Shown here: positions 63,467-64,000 of the stretch, in pieces
Layout: each line of letters opens with the position of its first letter
How positions within the stretch are numbered: position 1 is the first letter of the stretch
Source of the DNA: Stegostoma tigrinum
Taxonomy: Eukaryota
Direction: 5' to 3'
DNA length: 64,000 nt
NCBI RefSeq assembly: GCF_030684315.1
Contig: NC_081387.1
Location: 5,002,497-5,066,496, forward strand
The notes under the pieces: model-generated
Database searches by the model: none
What the model saw: the letters and a program-made list of their open reading frames with translations, nothing else
What the model was told of the DNA's origin: nothing
Program-made: the position numbers and the translations under genes

Positions 63467-64000
63467 CATATCATCATCAAGATGTACAGCATGGAAACAG
63501 ACCCTTCGGTCCAACTCATCCATGCTGACCAGATATCCTAAGTTAATCTAGTCCCATTTGCCAGCATTTGGCCCACATCCCTCTAAATCCTTCCTATTCA
63601 TGATGTCTTCTGCTATCACCTCTCATTCTTCTAAGCTCTGATGAGTGGGGAGTAACACCCTCAACCTTTCCTCACGACAAACCCTTCATCATAGACAATC
63701 AACCTAATGTTCCTTCTCTGAACCATTTACAATCCAAGTATCATCTTGAATATTGCTGAAAGGAGACTCATTGTTTTTGTTTCTTACCCATCAGGACACT
63801 TGCAAGAATACCCAATAACACAAGGAACAATAATCTATGCTGCATGAGAATATGATGTTGATTGGTTGGCAACTGGATGCTGACTAGTGAAGCTGCTGCC
63901 AAGAACAGGGAGAAGTTATTTCTGCAAGCTCTTGTTTAAGTGAAAAGGCCAGAACATGTGATCTTTTTGGGGTTCTTCCTCACTGTGTTGGTCCAACAGG

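Overview
Repeat-dense vertebrate genomic DNA, most likely from a shark (inferred from the HE1-type SINEs, the CR1 and Penelope families and the class II sequence). The only host gene I can support is a complete six-exon MHC class II beta-chain gene on the minus strand: CDS exons 61366-61258, 53286-53026, 49370-49089, 48121-48005, 44960-44934 and 43894-43869, giving 822 nt and 273 aa, with all introns GT-AG and phase 1. Its promoter has a TATA-like box, a 25-bp tandem repeat that multiplies the Y/CCAAT box four times, and a candidate X-Y module lying about 850 bp upstream beyond TE insertions. Almost all other recognisable sequence is retroelement-derived: young and old CR1 LINEs (one with an unbroken APE+RT ORF2), Penelope-like GIY-YIG elements and their fold-back derivatives carrying minimal hammerhead ribozyme motifs, Rex1/Babar and RTE remnants, SINEs and LTR-like pieces. 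The most unusual structure is a ~2.3-kb inversion at 18603-20910 whose breakpoints carry swapped target-site duplications, with one junction bridged by a short CR1 insert. This is the signature of a retrotransposition-mediated inversion, and it sits inside a four-level nested TE stack.
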